Assembly (NCBI GenBank): GCA_903903635.1
Contig: CAIUZK010000142.1
Location: forward strand, 11,037 to 75,036
Source: an uncultured Bacteroidota bacterium
GTDB taxonomy: Bacteria > Bacteroidota > Bacteroidia > Chitinophagales > Chitinophagaceae
DNA: 64,000 bases
Direction: 5' to 3'
In this document: positions 10,045 to 20,247 of the stretch, piece after piece
Numbering within the stretch: the stretch's first letter is position 1
How the letters are laid out: the number at the start of each line of letters is the position of its first letter
Program-made: the position numbers and the translations under genes
Notes under the pieces: model-generated
What the model was told of the DNA's origin: nothing
Databases searched by the model: none
The model's input: the letters and a program-made list of their open reading frames with translations, nothing else

Positions 10045-11196
10045 TCATGCAGTAATATTATAACCGGTTGGTAAAATGCTGGTTTTTTCAGATTTTTTGT
10101 TTGCCTTATTATGGTAGTGATATATTATCTGATCAATTATTTTTTCACCTGCACGGCCATCACCAAAAATATATGTATCGAAGTCTTTGTTGGTGGTGTC
10201 AAGTAAAGCGAAATTTTTCAGAATCTCGTCTTTCATTATTTTTGAATTAAGACAATACCCTGCGCTTACCAATTCAGGCCAGAAAGGGCTTTCAAGCAAA
10301 CATAGGCTCGGACGTTTAAAAAAGTAGGCTTCTCTTACTACTCCTCCCGAATCGGTAATTACATATTTTGAGCCCTTTACCAGTTGGATCATGTCGAAGT
10401 ATCCCACTGCATCAATGCATGTAAAATTCGCAGTTAAGCCATAATCGATGAGCTTATTCTTTGTTCTCGGATGAATAGGCATAATGATCGGAATGGTTTC
10501 ATTTATTTTATTCAGAGCGCCAATTATTTCGGTTAACATTTTCGGGTCATTTGTATTGCCCTCTCTATGAACCGTACAAAGCACATACTCTTTGTTCCTT
10601 AAATTCAGATCATCCAGTATGGTGGATTTAGCATCCGATATTTTCTCATAAAATAAAGTGGCATCATACATTACATCGCCGTAATTGTATACTTCTGCAT
10701 TAATCATTTCTGTACCAAAACCCTCTTTTCTAAGATTTTCCTCGCCTAATGATGTACAACATATATTGATCTCGGCCATTCTATCTACAAGGTAACGGTT
10801 GATTTCTTCAGGCATTAATTCATCAAAATTCCGAACGCCAGCTTCAATATGCACAATTTTTACGCCTATTTTCTTCGCAGCAATTGCCGGGGCAAGCGTA
10901 CTATTGGTATCTCCAAAAACCACCAGATAGTCGGGCTTTATTTCCAATAAAAGTTTTTCTACTTCTTCAATCATTCTTCCGGTCATTGCTCCGTGGCTTA
11001 AACCACTAATTCCCAGGAAATAATCAGGTTTGGCAATTTCCATTTCTTCAAAAAAGATCTCAGACATGTTCTGATCGAAATGCTGTCCGGTATGAATCGA
11101 TATCTCGGTAACTTCAGGATGTAACTTAATGGCTCTTGAAAGAACTGCGATCTTTACAAATTGTGGACGCGCACCTACTATTGTTGCAATTTTCAT
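10045..11196 (-). CDS. wecB: UDP-N-acetylglucosamine 2-epimerase (non-hydrolysing)
   Basis: GARPQFVK, HTGQHFD, GDTNSTL, HIEAGVR, TDSGGVVREAY. Confidence 0.95.
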   Translation of the reverse strand: MKIATIVGARPQFVKIAVLSRAIKLHPEVTEISIHTGQHFDQNMSEIFFEEMEIAKPDYFLGISGLSHGAMTGRMIEEVEKLLLEIKPDYLVVFGDTNSTLAPAIAAKKIGVKIVHIEAGVRNFDELMPEEINRYLVDRMAEINICCTSLGEENLRKEGFGTEMINAEVYNYGDVMYDATLFYEKISDAKSTILDDLNLRNKEYVLCTVHREGNTNDPKMLTEIIGALNKINETIPIIMPIHPRTKNKLIDYGLTANFTCIDAVGYFDMIQLVKGSKYVITDSGGVVREAYFFKRPSLCLLESPFWPELVSAGYCLNSKIMKDEILKNFALLDTTNKDFDTYIFGDGRAGEKIIDQIIYHYHNKANKKSEKTSILPTGYNITA

Positions 11197-11577
11197 GTTT
11201 ACTCTATTCTAATTTACTACAAAACGATTAATAAAACATTGGGGGTAAAGCTACTACAACAATAACATTTATACCTCTTTAAGGGCGAATATTAATTAGA
11301 ATTATTTGATCTGTATTATGATATCCAAAATTGAAGTTAGTTATCTTAAAGCTTATGTTTCTTTGCGGTTATATATGTATCACAGAGCAACAATTTTTAC
11401 TATAGAGGCAAGAATTAATTCAGGAGGTAAAAGCAGCCATAAATATTGCTTACTTCAGCTAACTGGTGTGAAAAAAATCGGGTAAAAATAAAGCTGCTTT
11501 GGCTTCGATCTTTTAGTATCAGCCCAAGGAAGAATCGGGCAAAAATATGTTCATTGGTTTTTCTGTATTTTTACAAC

Positions 11578-13392
11578 ATGTCTACAGGTCCTTCAGCCGG
11601 TGAATTAATTGATTCGGAAAACTATGTCTTTCAGAAGGCTGTTGCATTTGTACAAGATACCAACCGGAATCTTTTTCTCACAGGCAGGGCGGGAACCGGA
11701 AAAACTACGTTTCTGAAATACATCAGGGGCAATGTGAACAAACAGTGTGCTGTTGTGGCTCCTACAGGAGTAGCCGCCATTAATGCAGGTGGGGAAACAA
11801 TACATTCATTTCTTCAATTACCCTTCGGCCCCTTTGTGCCGGGTACGGCGGGCGGTTTTGGAAGACATAGAGAAGGCACACAGGATAAACATTCGCTGCT
11901 GGAAAATCTGAAACTGAGAGAAACGAAACTTAAACTGCTACGCAAACTTGAGCTGCTTATAATAGACGAGGTGAGCATGGTACGAGCCGATTTGCTGGAT
12001 AGCATGGACCTTGTGCTGAGGCATGTGCGGAAGAACTGGAATCAGCCATTTGGCGGGGTACAAATGGTATTCATAGGGGATCTGTTTCAACTGCCTCCGG
12101 TGGCGCCTGAACAGGACTGGGAAATATTGCGCAACTACTATGCCAGTCCTTATTTTTTCGACTCTGTTGTGCTTCGCCAGAACCCACCATTGTATATAGA
12201 GCTGAAAAAGATCTACAGGCAAAAAGAACAGGTGTTTATAGATATACTAAACCGCATAAGGAGCGGACTTGTGGAACACGATGATATTGCGAAGCTCAAT
12301 ACACTTTATGACCCGGCACCACAAAAACAAAAGGGGTATATTATTCTCAGTACGCACAACAGAATAGCAGACACCATTAACCAGGAAGCGCTCGATAAAC
12401 TTAATGCTCCTGTTCATAGTTTTAAGGGAACTATTAAAAATGAATTCAATCCTAAAAACCTGCCAACAGATGAGGTGCTGCTGCTGAAACAGGGTGCGCA
12501 GGTAATGTTTGTAAAGAATGATCTGCAAACACCAAGACGATATTATAACGGTAAAATAGGTACGGTAGATAAAATAGATGCTGAGGGTATATGGGTTTCT
12601 TTTCCCGGTGAAGATGATAAAGATGCTGTGCTGGTGGACCTCGAAACCTGGAAGAATATGCGCTATACGCTGAACCAACAAAAGGGTGAAATTGAAGAAG
12701 AGGAAAGTGGCAGCTTTACCCAATACCCTTTAAGGCTTGCCTGGGCTATAACCGTGCACAAGAGCCAGGGGCTTACGTTACAAAAGGCAGTGGTAGATCT
12801 TAACCAGTCGTTTGCTCCCGGCCAGGTATATGTGGCGCTGAGCAGGTGTACTACCATGGAGGGTTTAGTGCTGCGCAGCAAACTAAATATTGACAATGTA
12901 ATAGTTGATAGCAGGGTGAGCGACTTTGCGCAGATGGAAAATGATGATGATGAACTGGATAACTTGCTGGATCGCAGCAGACGGGAAGCAGCAGCCACAA
13001 GGCTTTTCAGAATATTTGCGTTTGCAGAAATCATAGCACATACAGAGCAAATGCTGCCTGAACTTATGAAACGCAAAACGGGTCCCAAGGAAAAAAATCT
13101 GGAACTGCAGGACAGAATATTGAAGACCATAATAAAGGCGGAGGGTCATGCCAAAGGCTTTCATAAAGAAATACAGCAGCTTACTGAACAGGCAGAATAT
13201 GCACGCCTGCATGAGCGCAAAAGCGCGGCGGTAAAATACTTTACCGAACAGGTACTTGCTCCATTAATAATAGCTATAGATGCACACGTCACATCACTTG
13301 GCACACTTACTAAAGTAGCCAAACATGTCAGATCATGGAAAGAAATGAGTGATTATCTGAAACAAAAAGATAAAGAAATAAAGCTGGCGTAG
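11578..13392 (+). CDS. PIF1/RecD-like superfamily 1B helicase (AAA family ATPase)
   Basis: LTGRAGTGKT, APTGVAA, IIDEVSM, GDLFQLPPV, AWAITVHKSQGLT, YVALSR. Likely ATG at 11578. Confidence 0.92.
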   Translation: MSTGPSAGELIDSENYVFQKAVAFVQDTNRNLFLTGRAGTGKTTFLKYIRGNVNKQCAVVAPTGVAAINAGGETIHSFLQLPFGPFVPGTAGGFGRHREGTQDKHSLLENLKLRETKLKLLRKLELLIIDEVSMVRADLLDSMDLVLRHVRKNWNQPFGGVQMVFIGDLFQLPPVAPEQDWEILRNYYASPYFFDSVVLRQNPPLYIELKKIYRQKEQVFIDILNRIRSGLVEHDDIAKLNTLYDPAPQKQKGYIILSTHNRIADTINQEALDKLNAPVHSFKGTIKNEFNPKNLPTDEVLLLKQGAQVMFVKNDLQTPRRYYNGKIGTVDKIDAEGIWVSFPGEDDKDAVLVDLETWKNMRYTLNQQKGEIEEEESGSFTQYPLRLAWAITVHKSQGLTLQKAVVDLNQSFAPGQVYVALSRCTTMEGLVLRSKLNIDNVIVDSRVSDFAQMENDDDELDNLLDRSRREAAATRLFRIFAFAEIIAHTEQMLPELMKRKTGPKEKNLELQDRILKTIIKAEGHAKGFHKEIQQLTEQAEYARLHERKSAAVKYFTEQVLAPLIIAIDAHVTSLGTLTKVAKHVRSWKEMSDYLKQKDKEIKLA

Positions 13393-13411
13393 TTATGTAG
13401 TCAAAAGTTCA

Positions 13412-13783
13412 TCAGCCATGATAAACCCTTGATGCAATGATAGCCCCGTTTCTTATTTCCAACACCTCTGCAACAAGCATGTCTGGTTCATCTTTTACGC
13501 AACGGATATACTCCATGAATACACGGTGTTCATTTTCGGTTAAGGAAGTAGGTGTGTATTTGAGTGTGGGCAAGCGGTCGAATGCATCCTGCCACCAGGC
13601 CCTGAGTGCGGTTTTGCCAATAACGAGGCCATTTGTATGTGGTTGTCGTATTTTCAATTTGGGGCTAAAGTGTCTGGCATCATCATGATACAGACTCAAT
13701 AGTCTTTCGAGGTCATGTTCATTAAAGGCATCAAACCATTCGGCAGCAATAAAATTATTATATTGTTGTGGTGTCATAAACAA
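13412..13783 (-). CDS. SnoaL-like / nuclear transport factor 2 family protein
   Basis: WFDAFNEHDLERLLSLYHDDA...GKTALRAWW pattern. Confidence 0.85.
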   Translation of the reverse strand: MFMTPQQYNNFIAAEWFDAFNEHDLERLLSLYHDDARHFSPKLKIRQPHTNGLVIGKTALRAWWQDAFDRLPTLKYTPTSLTENEHRVFMEYIRCVKDEPDMLVAEVLEIRNGAIIASRVYHG

Positions 13784-13837
13784 ACAGTCTATAGTTCTCT
13801 TAAATTCAGTGAGCTAACTGGTGAAAATAAAAACAAA

Positions 13838-14230
13838 CTAATTCAGCTTAGCCGGAGCAATCAAAAGAAATTCCGGTATAGCTACCTTTATGATCTTCTT
13901 GTTAAAAAGATTTTCAAAAAGGTAACTGCCATACATCTTCCCGATATCGCTATGAAGATTGGATGCTGAAGAATACTGATAACTATCGCCAGGCGCAATA
14001 ACAGGTTGCTGACCAATTACACCTTCGCCCTCCACCTCGCGATGGGTGCCATTGCTGTCTATAATATGCCAATGGCGGCTAAGCAATTTCATGGGGAAAG
14101 CGGTAAGGTTTTCTATGGTGATCCGGTATGCAAAAAGATATTCAGAGTTAAGAGGATTGGAATGGGCAGGCTGATAGAAGTTTTCCACCATTATATTAAC
14201 CCCCTCTGTTACCTTTTGCACCATAAACAA
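13838..14230 (-). CDS. apaG: ApaG
   Basis: YLFAYRITIEN, LLSRHWHI, EVEGEGVIGQQPVIAPG. Confidence 0.95.
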   Translation of the reverse strand: MFMVQKVTEGVNIMVENFYQPAHSNPLNSEYLFAYRITIENLTAFPMKLLSRHWHIIDSNGTHREVEGEGVIGQQPVIAPGDSYQYSSASNLHSDIGKMYGSYLFENLFNKKIIKVAIPEFLLIAPAKLN

Positions 14231-14292
14231 TACTATTAGAAATACAAAGCTATGATAAGAATTGCTCTTAATTTCAAAATTACTGAAAAGTT

Positions 14293-14805
14293 CTATTTTT
14301 CGCTTGCTTTTTTCATTGTCTCATTTATCAGTGTCATTACGAGATCTCTTTCATATCCCTTCTGAACCAGGAATTTATAGAGCTTCATTTTTTTAACTAT
14401 TTGATTTCGTTCACTTTTTAATTCTAATAATTTTTTATGTGTTATTTTTACGAGTGTTTTTTCATAATCAGCAGCATCTATTTCCGCCATTCCCTTCCTG
14501 ATGCAATAATCAGATATTTTGCGCAGTTTCAATTGCTGTTTTATTTTCTCCCTACCCCATTGCTTCATCCTGAATTTTCCACCGGCATATAGTTTTGCAA
14601 ACCTTTCTTCATTGAGTGTGCCACTTTCGACCAGATTGGCAATATGCTGCTCAACTTCAGATGGTTTACAACCCAGCTCGTATAGTTTATTCCTCACCTC
14701 CACATGGCAACGTTCCTGATATTTACAATAATGAAGAATAGCCGGGGCAACGCCCGACTCCTTTATTGGCTTACCATCATTATCTATATGCTGAACACGC
14801 TCCAT
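14293..14805 (-). CDS. recX: Regulatory protein RecX
   Basis: YCKYQERCHVEV, LNEERFAKLYAGGKFRMKQWGREKI, LVQKGYE. Confidence 0.92.
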   Translation of the reverse strand: MERVQHIDNDGKPIKESGVAPAILHYCKYQERCHVEVRNKLYELGCKPSEVEQHIANLVESGTLNEERFAKLYAGGKFRMKQWGREKIKQQLKLRKISDYCIRKGMAEIDAADYEKTLVKITHKKLLELKSERNQIVKKMKLYKFLVQKGYERDLVMTLINETMKKASEK

Positions 14806-14859
14806 TTTCCTGATTCTTGTTTGGGCAATAAGTAACGAAACCCGGTAGTATAAAACACA

Positions 14860-16728
14860 CTACCTGCCCATAAATACCATTAAAATCTGCACATCGCTTG
14901 GGTTAACGCCACTAATGCGACTGGCTTGGCCAAGGGTTCTTGGCTTTATTTTACTTAATTTTTGCCTTGCTTCGGTGGAAATGGCTGACAATTTATCATA
15001 ATTAAAGGATTCTGGTATCAGCAATTCTTCCAAACCAGACATTTTTGTTACCAATTCATGCTCCTTTTCGATATAGACATCATACTTTACCTGTATCTCA
15101 ACCTGCTCCAAAACCATAGGATCAGCATCTCCAATTGCCTCATTTAGTGAGGGAATAGCCAGAATCATATCTTTTAAGCCTATTCCCGGCCTTAGTAACA
15201 GCTTTGTTGCCCTGATTTTTTCATTCAGATCGGGTGAATTATTGCTTGCCAGTAAACCCGCAGCCATATCTCTATCTACAGTAAACTCAGTTAATAACTT
15301 TTTAATCCGGGCAACATTTGTTTCCTTTTCAGTCACCAGTGTCAGTCGCTCATGGGATGCCAGACCAATATCAAATCCCAACCGGGTTAGACGGAGGTCG
15401 GCATTGTCCTGGCGGAGCAATGTGCGGTACTCTGCCCTGCTGGTAAACATGCGGTAAGGTTCATCGGTCCCTTTATTGATCAGGTCGTCTATAAGCACAC
15501 CAATATATGCATCGCTCCTCTTTAATACAAAAGGCTCCTCTTCCTTTGCATTCCTGCTTGCATTAATTCCTGCCATTAGTCCCTGGCATGCAGCTTCTTC
15601 ATAGCCGGTAGTACCGTTTATCTGCCCGGCAAAGAAAAGATTGGCAATAAGTTTGGTTTCCAGGGTGAATTTGAGCTGAGTTGGCGGGAAATAGTCATAT
15701 TCTATGGCATATCCGGGACGGAAGAACTTACAATTCTCAAATCCGGCTACCCTTCTAAGCGCTTTGAACTGAACTTCTTCGGGTAAAGAGGTACTGAAGC
15801 CATTGACATATATCTCGACGGTATTCCAACCTTCGGGTTCAACAAACAACTGATGACGGTCTCTTTCGGCAAACCTGTTTATTTTATCTTCGATACTTGG
15901 GCAATACCTTGGCCCACTTCCTTTTATCCTGCCCTGATACATAGGCGACTGTTCGAAACCTGTTTTGAGAATTTCGTGTACTTCGGGACTGGTATAAGTG
16001 ATCCAGCAGCACCGCTGGTCCTTTGGTTTTACTTTTTTAATAGGGAGATAAGAGAACCCTACTACTTCATCATCACCATTCTGAACTTCCATTTTGCTGT
16101 AATCGAGGCTACGACCATCTATTCTGGGGGGTGTTCCTGTTTTAAGCCGGGCCGAATCGAAACCTAATTCAACAAGTTGCTCGGTAATACCTGTTGCTCC
16201 CTTTTCACCTATTCTCCCTCCACCGAATTGCTTCTCCCCGATATGTATTACGCCATTGAGGAAGGTTCCGTTGGTAAGGACAACACATTTAGACCTGATT
16301 TCCTGGCCCATACCGGTAACAATGCCTTTAATTGTTCCACGTGAAACAATTAAACCTTTGACCATATCCTGCCAAAAATCGATGTTTTGTGTTTGTTCCA
16401 GTTTTTCGCGCCAGGTATTAGCAAATAATTCGCGGTCGTTCTGAGATCTGGGACTCCACATTCCCGGACCCTTTGATTTATTGAGCATCCGGAACTGAAT
16501 AGTACTCAGGTCGCTCACGATACCGCTATAACCGCCCAGTGCATCAATCTCCCTAACTATCTGTCCTTTGGCAATGCCTCCCATAGCCGGGTTGCAACTC
16601 ATTTGGGCAATGGTGTGCATATTCATGGTAACCAGCAACACTTTTGATCCCATATTGGCAGCAGCAGCGGCAGCCTCACATCCGGCATGACCGGCACCAA
16701 CAACAATAACATCGTATTCAGGAAACAT
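14860..16728 (-). CDS. mnmG: tRNA uridine-5-carboxymethylaminomethyl(34) synthesis enzyme MnmG (GidA)
   Basis: VVGAGHAGCEAA, MSCNPAMGGIAKG, GPRYCPSIEDK, AGQINGTTGYEEAA, FTSRAEYR. Confidence 0.99.
   Translation of the reverse strand: MFPEYDVIVVGAGHAGCEAAAAAANMGSKVLLVTMNMHTIAQMSCNPAMGGIAKGQIVREIDALGGYSGIVSDLSTIQFRMLNKSKGPGMWSPRSQNDRELFANTWREKLEQTQNIDFWQDMVKGLIVSRGTIKGIVTGMGQEIRSKCVVLTNGTFLNGVIHIGEKQFGGGRIGEKGATGITEQLVELGFDSARLKTGTPPRIDGRSLDYSKMEVQNGDDEVVGFSYLPIKKVKPKDQRCCWITYTSPEVHEILKTGFEQSPMYQGRIKGSGPRYCPSIEDKINRFAERDRHQLFVEPEGWNTVEIYVNGFSTSLPEEVQFKALRRVAGFENCKFFRPGYAIEYDYFPPTQLKFTLETKLIANLFFAGQINGTTGYEEAACQGLMAGINASRNAKEEEPFVLKRSDAYIGVLIDDLINKGTDEPYRMFTSRAEYRTLLRQDNADLRLTRLGFDIGLASHERLTLVTEKETNVARIKKLLTEFTVDRDMAAGLLASNNSPDLNEKIRATKLLLRPGIGLKDMILAIPSLNEAIGDADPMVLEQVEIQVKYDVYIEKEHELVTKMSGLEELLIPESFNYDKLSAISTEARQKLSKIKPRTLGQASRISGVNPSDVQILMVFMGR
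16333..16348. promoter_or_regulatory. parS site inside the mnmG coding sequence
   Basis: TGTTCCACGTGAAACA matches the parS consensus TGTTNCACGTGAAACA. Confidence 0.85.
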
Positions 16729-16805
16729 GGCGGCAAAGATACAAAGAGCCTGCCAATATATAAGACGGCATTATCCTATTGATAATATCTATGGCATAAT
16801 CAGCT

Positions 16806-16821
16806 TGTTCCACGTGGAACA
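16806..16821. promoter_or_regulatory. parS site upstream of mnmG
   Basis: Perfect palindrome TGTTCCACGTGGAACA, extending to 18 bp at 16805-16822. Confidence 0.88.
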
Positions 16822-16879
16822 AAAATATTTTTAATGACTTAACAATAAAGTTAAGAATATTGCGTTATTTTGTATAGCA

Positions 16880-17533
16880 ATGCACACACCACACAAAATA
16901 ATAACTTTAACAACACTATTGTGCATGGTGTTTGCATCTGTGTGCCTGAGCGCTAAAACAAAAATAAAAAACCATAAAAAGAAACAACCAATTACCATTG
17001 GTTTCCAAACAGGTAAAAGCACAAAGATGTTTATGCCGAGTATGCAATCCACACACCACACAAAAGGCTACCTCAATAGTCAAAAAGTGGTTTTTAATAA
17101 AACGATCAATCGCCACTTTAAAGCAGAAACAGGTTTAGGGTACAACCAAATACAATCCTGTTACCCGAATAATGGAATCAACAACATAAACACACAGACC
17201 TTCAGGAAAACAAACCAAACCTTTATCCCGGTATCTATCCAGTATTTTCCTTTGTCGGAAAAAACAAGATTGCATCCTTTTTGTGGGGTTGGCATTCAAT
17301 TCAATCCAAATTTAAACACCAATTTTACTTCTCCATTTAATAATAGTGGCGATAATTATCAAAATACAGGCTATTCTCAACAAGGCACCAAGTACATCAG
17401 TATTATTTTCACTCAGGGTGTTACCTACGAAATAAACACAAAAATACAGATTACACAGTCCTTCCACTTCCTGCAGAATAATATTGAAAACACCCTTGGC
17501 ATTGATGTGGGTGTAGAATTTTCATTGCCATAA
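16880..17533 (+). CDS. Hypothetical exported protein, probable outer-membrane beta-barrel
   Basis: Signal-like N-terminus; alternating beta-strand patterns (LHPFCGVGIQF, GIDVGVEFSLP). Confidence 0.6.
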   Translation: MHTPHKIITLTTLLCMVFASVCLSAKTKIKNHKKKQPITIGFQTGKSTKMFMPSMQSTHHTKGYLNSQKVVFNKTINRHFKAETGLGYNQIQSCYPNNGINNINTQTFRKTNQTFIPVSIQYFPLSEKTRLHPFCGVGIQFNPNLNTNFTSPFNNSGDNYQNTGYSQQGTKYISIIFTQGVTYEINTKIQITQSFHFLQNNIENTLGIDVGVEFSLP

Positions 17534-18096
17534 TCTATTCGAGGTTATTTTAGTTTTATTTGCCTGATTCAATAAACATCAGGAAAACAATATTCCAAGA
17601 TTAAGCAAAAATTATTTGATACAGGAGAATTACTCTAAACCAAGATTGGAGCGGAAGTTAACCCTCTAATGACAATACCCTTTAATTCTGGTATCGGGAA
17701 TTAAGAAACCTTGCAGAAAAACTGATCGAGTGTAGAAAACATAATTACCGTAACGGACTATCCTCAGAGTTATTCTCTTCCAATCGATCTGCGCTTTACA
17801 CCAATATAACTGATTGGAGAAAAAACTCTGCGACCGCTGAAGATGCTTGTATATCACGAATTCAGGGAAAAGATAGACAAATAGAAAGGAAAAAGGTTGC
17901 TTTTTCGAAAATATTCCAGAATAACTGCTCAGCAGTATCCTATTAATGGCTAATAACCTGTTTTATGTAAAGAGTGTCTTTTCAAAAAAGGCATACAAAC
18001 ACTTTGTTATGTTACATTTTATTTATATTTATTCCATAGGAGTTTACTTTGTTAGGCGCTGAAATATTAAAGGAAATCTACCCTAAAAGGAAAAAA

Positions 18097-18124
18097 TTTA
18101 GGCTACCCAATTGGATAGCCTAAA
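18097..18124 (-). terminator. Rho-independent terminator of the T9SS cargo gene
   Basis: TTTAGGCTACCCAATTGGATAGCCTAAA hairpin preceded by an A-run on + (U-tract on -). Confidence 0.75.
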
Positions 18125-18148
18125 CAAACTAAATCTTATAAGAAACAA

Positions 18149-20155
18149 TTATCTGATAACTGTAAATTTCTTAAACATCTGCCTGCCATTAGAAACGGCA
18201 ACCAGGAAGTAGTTACCTGGAGTCATTTTGCCAGTAGCATAAGTGAAATTATCAGAAAGCATTACGTTATTATGTGTTTCTTTAGTAATAACACGTGCAG
18301 TTGCATCGATAATTGTGTAAGTAACAGTACCTGCATTATTCTCGAATGACAGTGATGCATTAATCACTTCAGAAGCAGGGTTAGGATACAGGTCAAACTT
18401 AGAGAATGATTTAGTACCACCATGAACACCAACATGAGATGCCGTATCAGGAGTATAATTGGTAGTAGTAAAAGCAACTGAAGGTATCAAACCTTTCTGA
18501 GAACTGAAGTAAACAGAATCCACGGTATAATAACCACCAAAGTTACAAGGAGCTAATGCAGAACTTGGGAAACCAACCTGTGGGTTAGAACCAGTCAGAC
18601 GTCCACCAGGCCAGATAGCTGAAGGATACTCGAGGTAATTGTTGAACATATTACGTCCATAGGTACGAGGATATGTATTAAGGTAACCATCGCAACCAAG
18701 GAACCAACCATTAGGAACTTCAGGAGCTACAAGATACCAGTTGTTTGAATCTACATGCACATTCATAGGATTTCCTAAAGAGTCACCAACCGTAACATTA
18801 AAGAAACCACCCGAAGTATCTCCAGGATTAGTAGAACCTGCAAAACTCTTAACACCAGCACCTAACAAAACAAGCTCTCCGTTTTCAACGAAGCTATCGG
18901 CAGTTCCACCGACACCATCAACCCATTTGAAAACATAAACGTTTATTGAAGCCAAAGAAGCAATGATATGACCTGTATCTGTGTTAGAAGACATTGACCA
19001 TTGAACATTACAGAAATTACCACCACCCTGAGCAATGTAATACATAGGGCCCCAGATATAAAGGTCACCACTTGGTACTGGTGTAGTAACCAATGCAGCT
19101 GCCTCATACATGTTAGCTAAAGGATGCTTGTTTGCAAAATCATACCGGCCTTTAGAATACAGACTATCTGTAGTATAGAAAGAATAACTGGTTGTATCAT
19201 CACCCATATACTGATCAGCGCTGTCTGAATGTATGGTATACTTAACAGTTACTTTACCAGAACCGGAAGTAATACCAGTAAGGTTATGCTGAGGACCATA
19301 GAATGCCCAAATTGAATCTATTGCAGGGAAAGAATTCAATATTGTAGTATCGTTGTGAATAACAGTTGGCGCACCAACAGTTGCAAAACTAGTTGTTGAA
19401 AATAACTTTACATGACCAGGATTTCCTGTACCAAAGTTACCAATGAATGCACCATTCTGAGCCATATAAGCCATTGGGTGAAGACCAGAAGTCAACTGAT
19501 GGTAAGGAACAGCATAATCATGCCAACGGGCAATACCCTGAGGAATAAATCCAACGTCATAAGTATTACCCTGACCCCATAAAGTGATAGTCATGCGGGC
19601 AGTATCGCCAGCTACACCACTATGGTATTTAGCATCGATAGCATCACCATCAGCTTTAGTAATCATGAATACAGGACAACCAGTAAATGTTGTACTAGCC
19701 GACATACCAATAACACCATTAGGGTTATTGTTTACAATAACAACAGCAATGGCACCAGCCGCATAACAACGGGCAGCTTTATCGCTAAAGTAGATACCAC
19801 CACCTCTGTAACATAAAGCAATTTTACCGTTCATAGAACCGGCAGGCAGAGAGGCAGCAACAAGACTATCACCACCGGCTGGCATAACGATAGGAACATT
19901 GACAATAGGAGTAGTAACAGGAGCTCCCCATGAAGATCCACCATCATAAGCAAAACTATATTGCTTATCGCCAGCTACAGAAATAGGACTTAATACCTCA
20001 AAACGAACACCAACATAATCCTGATACCAGTTACTGGTAGTAGATGTACCTAACAATCCATAATGTACAGGATGAGAGGTTTGTGCATTAACAAAACCTG
20101 CAGCACTAAGGAATGCTACAAGCAATAAAGTTTTAAACAAGTCTAATTGCTTCAT
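18149..20155 (-). CDS. T9SS type A sorting domain protein with an N-terminal PA domain
   Basis: Signal peptide; PA domain GKIALCYRGG...KAARCYAAGAIAVVIVNN; C-terminal FDLYPNPASEVIN...GNYFL...KKFTVIR. Likely ATG at 20155. Confidence 0.9.
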   Translation of the reverse strand: MKQLDLFKTLLLVAFLSAAGFVNAQTSHPVHYGLLGTSTTSNWYQDYVGVRFEVLSPISVAGDKQYSFAYDGGSSWGAPVTTPIVNVPIVMPAGGDSLVAASLPAGSMNGKIALCYRGGGIYFSDKAARCYAAGAIAVVIVNNNPNGVIGMSASTTFTGCPVFMITKADGDAIDAKYHSGVAGDTARMTITLWGQGNTYDVGFIPQGIARWHDYAVPYHQLTSGLHPMAYMAQNGAFIGNFGTGNPGHVKLFSTTSFATVGAPTVIHNDTTILNSFPAIDSIWAFYGPQHNLTGITSGSGKVTVKYTIHSDSADQYMGDDTTSYSFYTTDSLYSKGRYDFANKHPLANMYEAAALVTTPVPSGDLYIWGPMYYIAQGGGNFCNVQWSMSSNTDTGHIIASLASINVYVFKWVDGVGGTADSFVENGELVLLGAGVKSFAGSTNPGDTSGGFFNVTVGDSLGNPMNVHVDSNNWYLVAPEVPNGWFLGCDGYLNTYPRTYGRNMFNNYLEYPSAIWPGGRLTGSNPQVGFPSSALAPCNFGGYYTVDSVYFSSQKGLIPSVAFTTTNYTPDTASHVGVHGGTKSFSKFDLYPNPASEVINASLSFENNAGTVTYTIIDATARVITKETHNNVMLSDNFTYATGKMTPGNYFLVAVSNGRQMFKKFTVIR

Positions 20156-20247
20156 AAATATTTGAATTTTGATGCTAAGATACATACATCCCTCAAAATA
20201 AAAAAAATTTGTTTATTTAGTGGGAAATATTTAAATTTAATATTTAA

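Noticed and set aside
17534-18096. 560-bp gap with a 63-aa minus-strand ORF and an ~87-codon ATG-less plus-strand frame
   Set aside because: No recognisable motifs or convincing start, and only weak hairpins; cannot support a gene or ncRNA.
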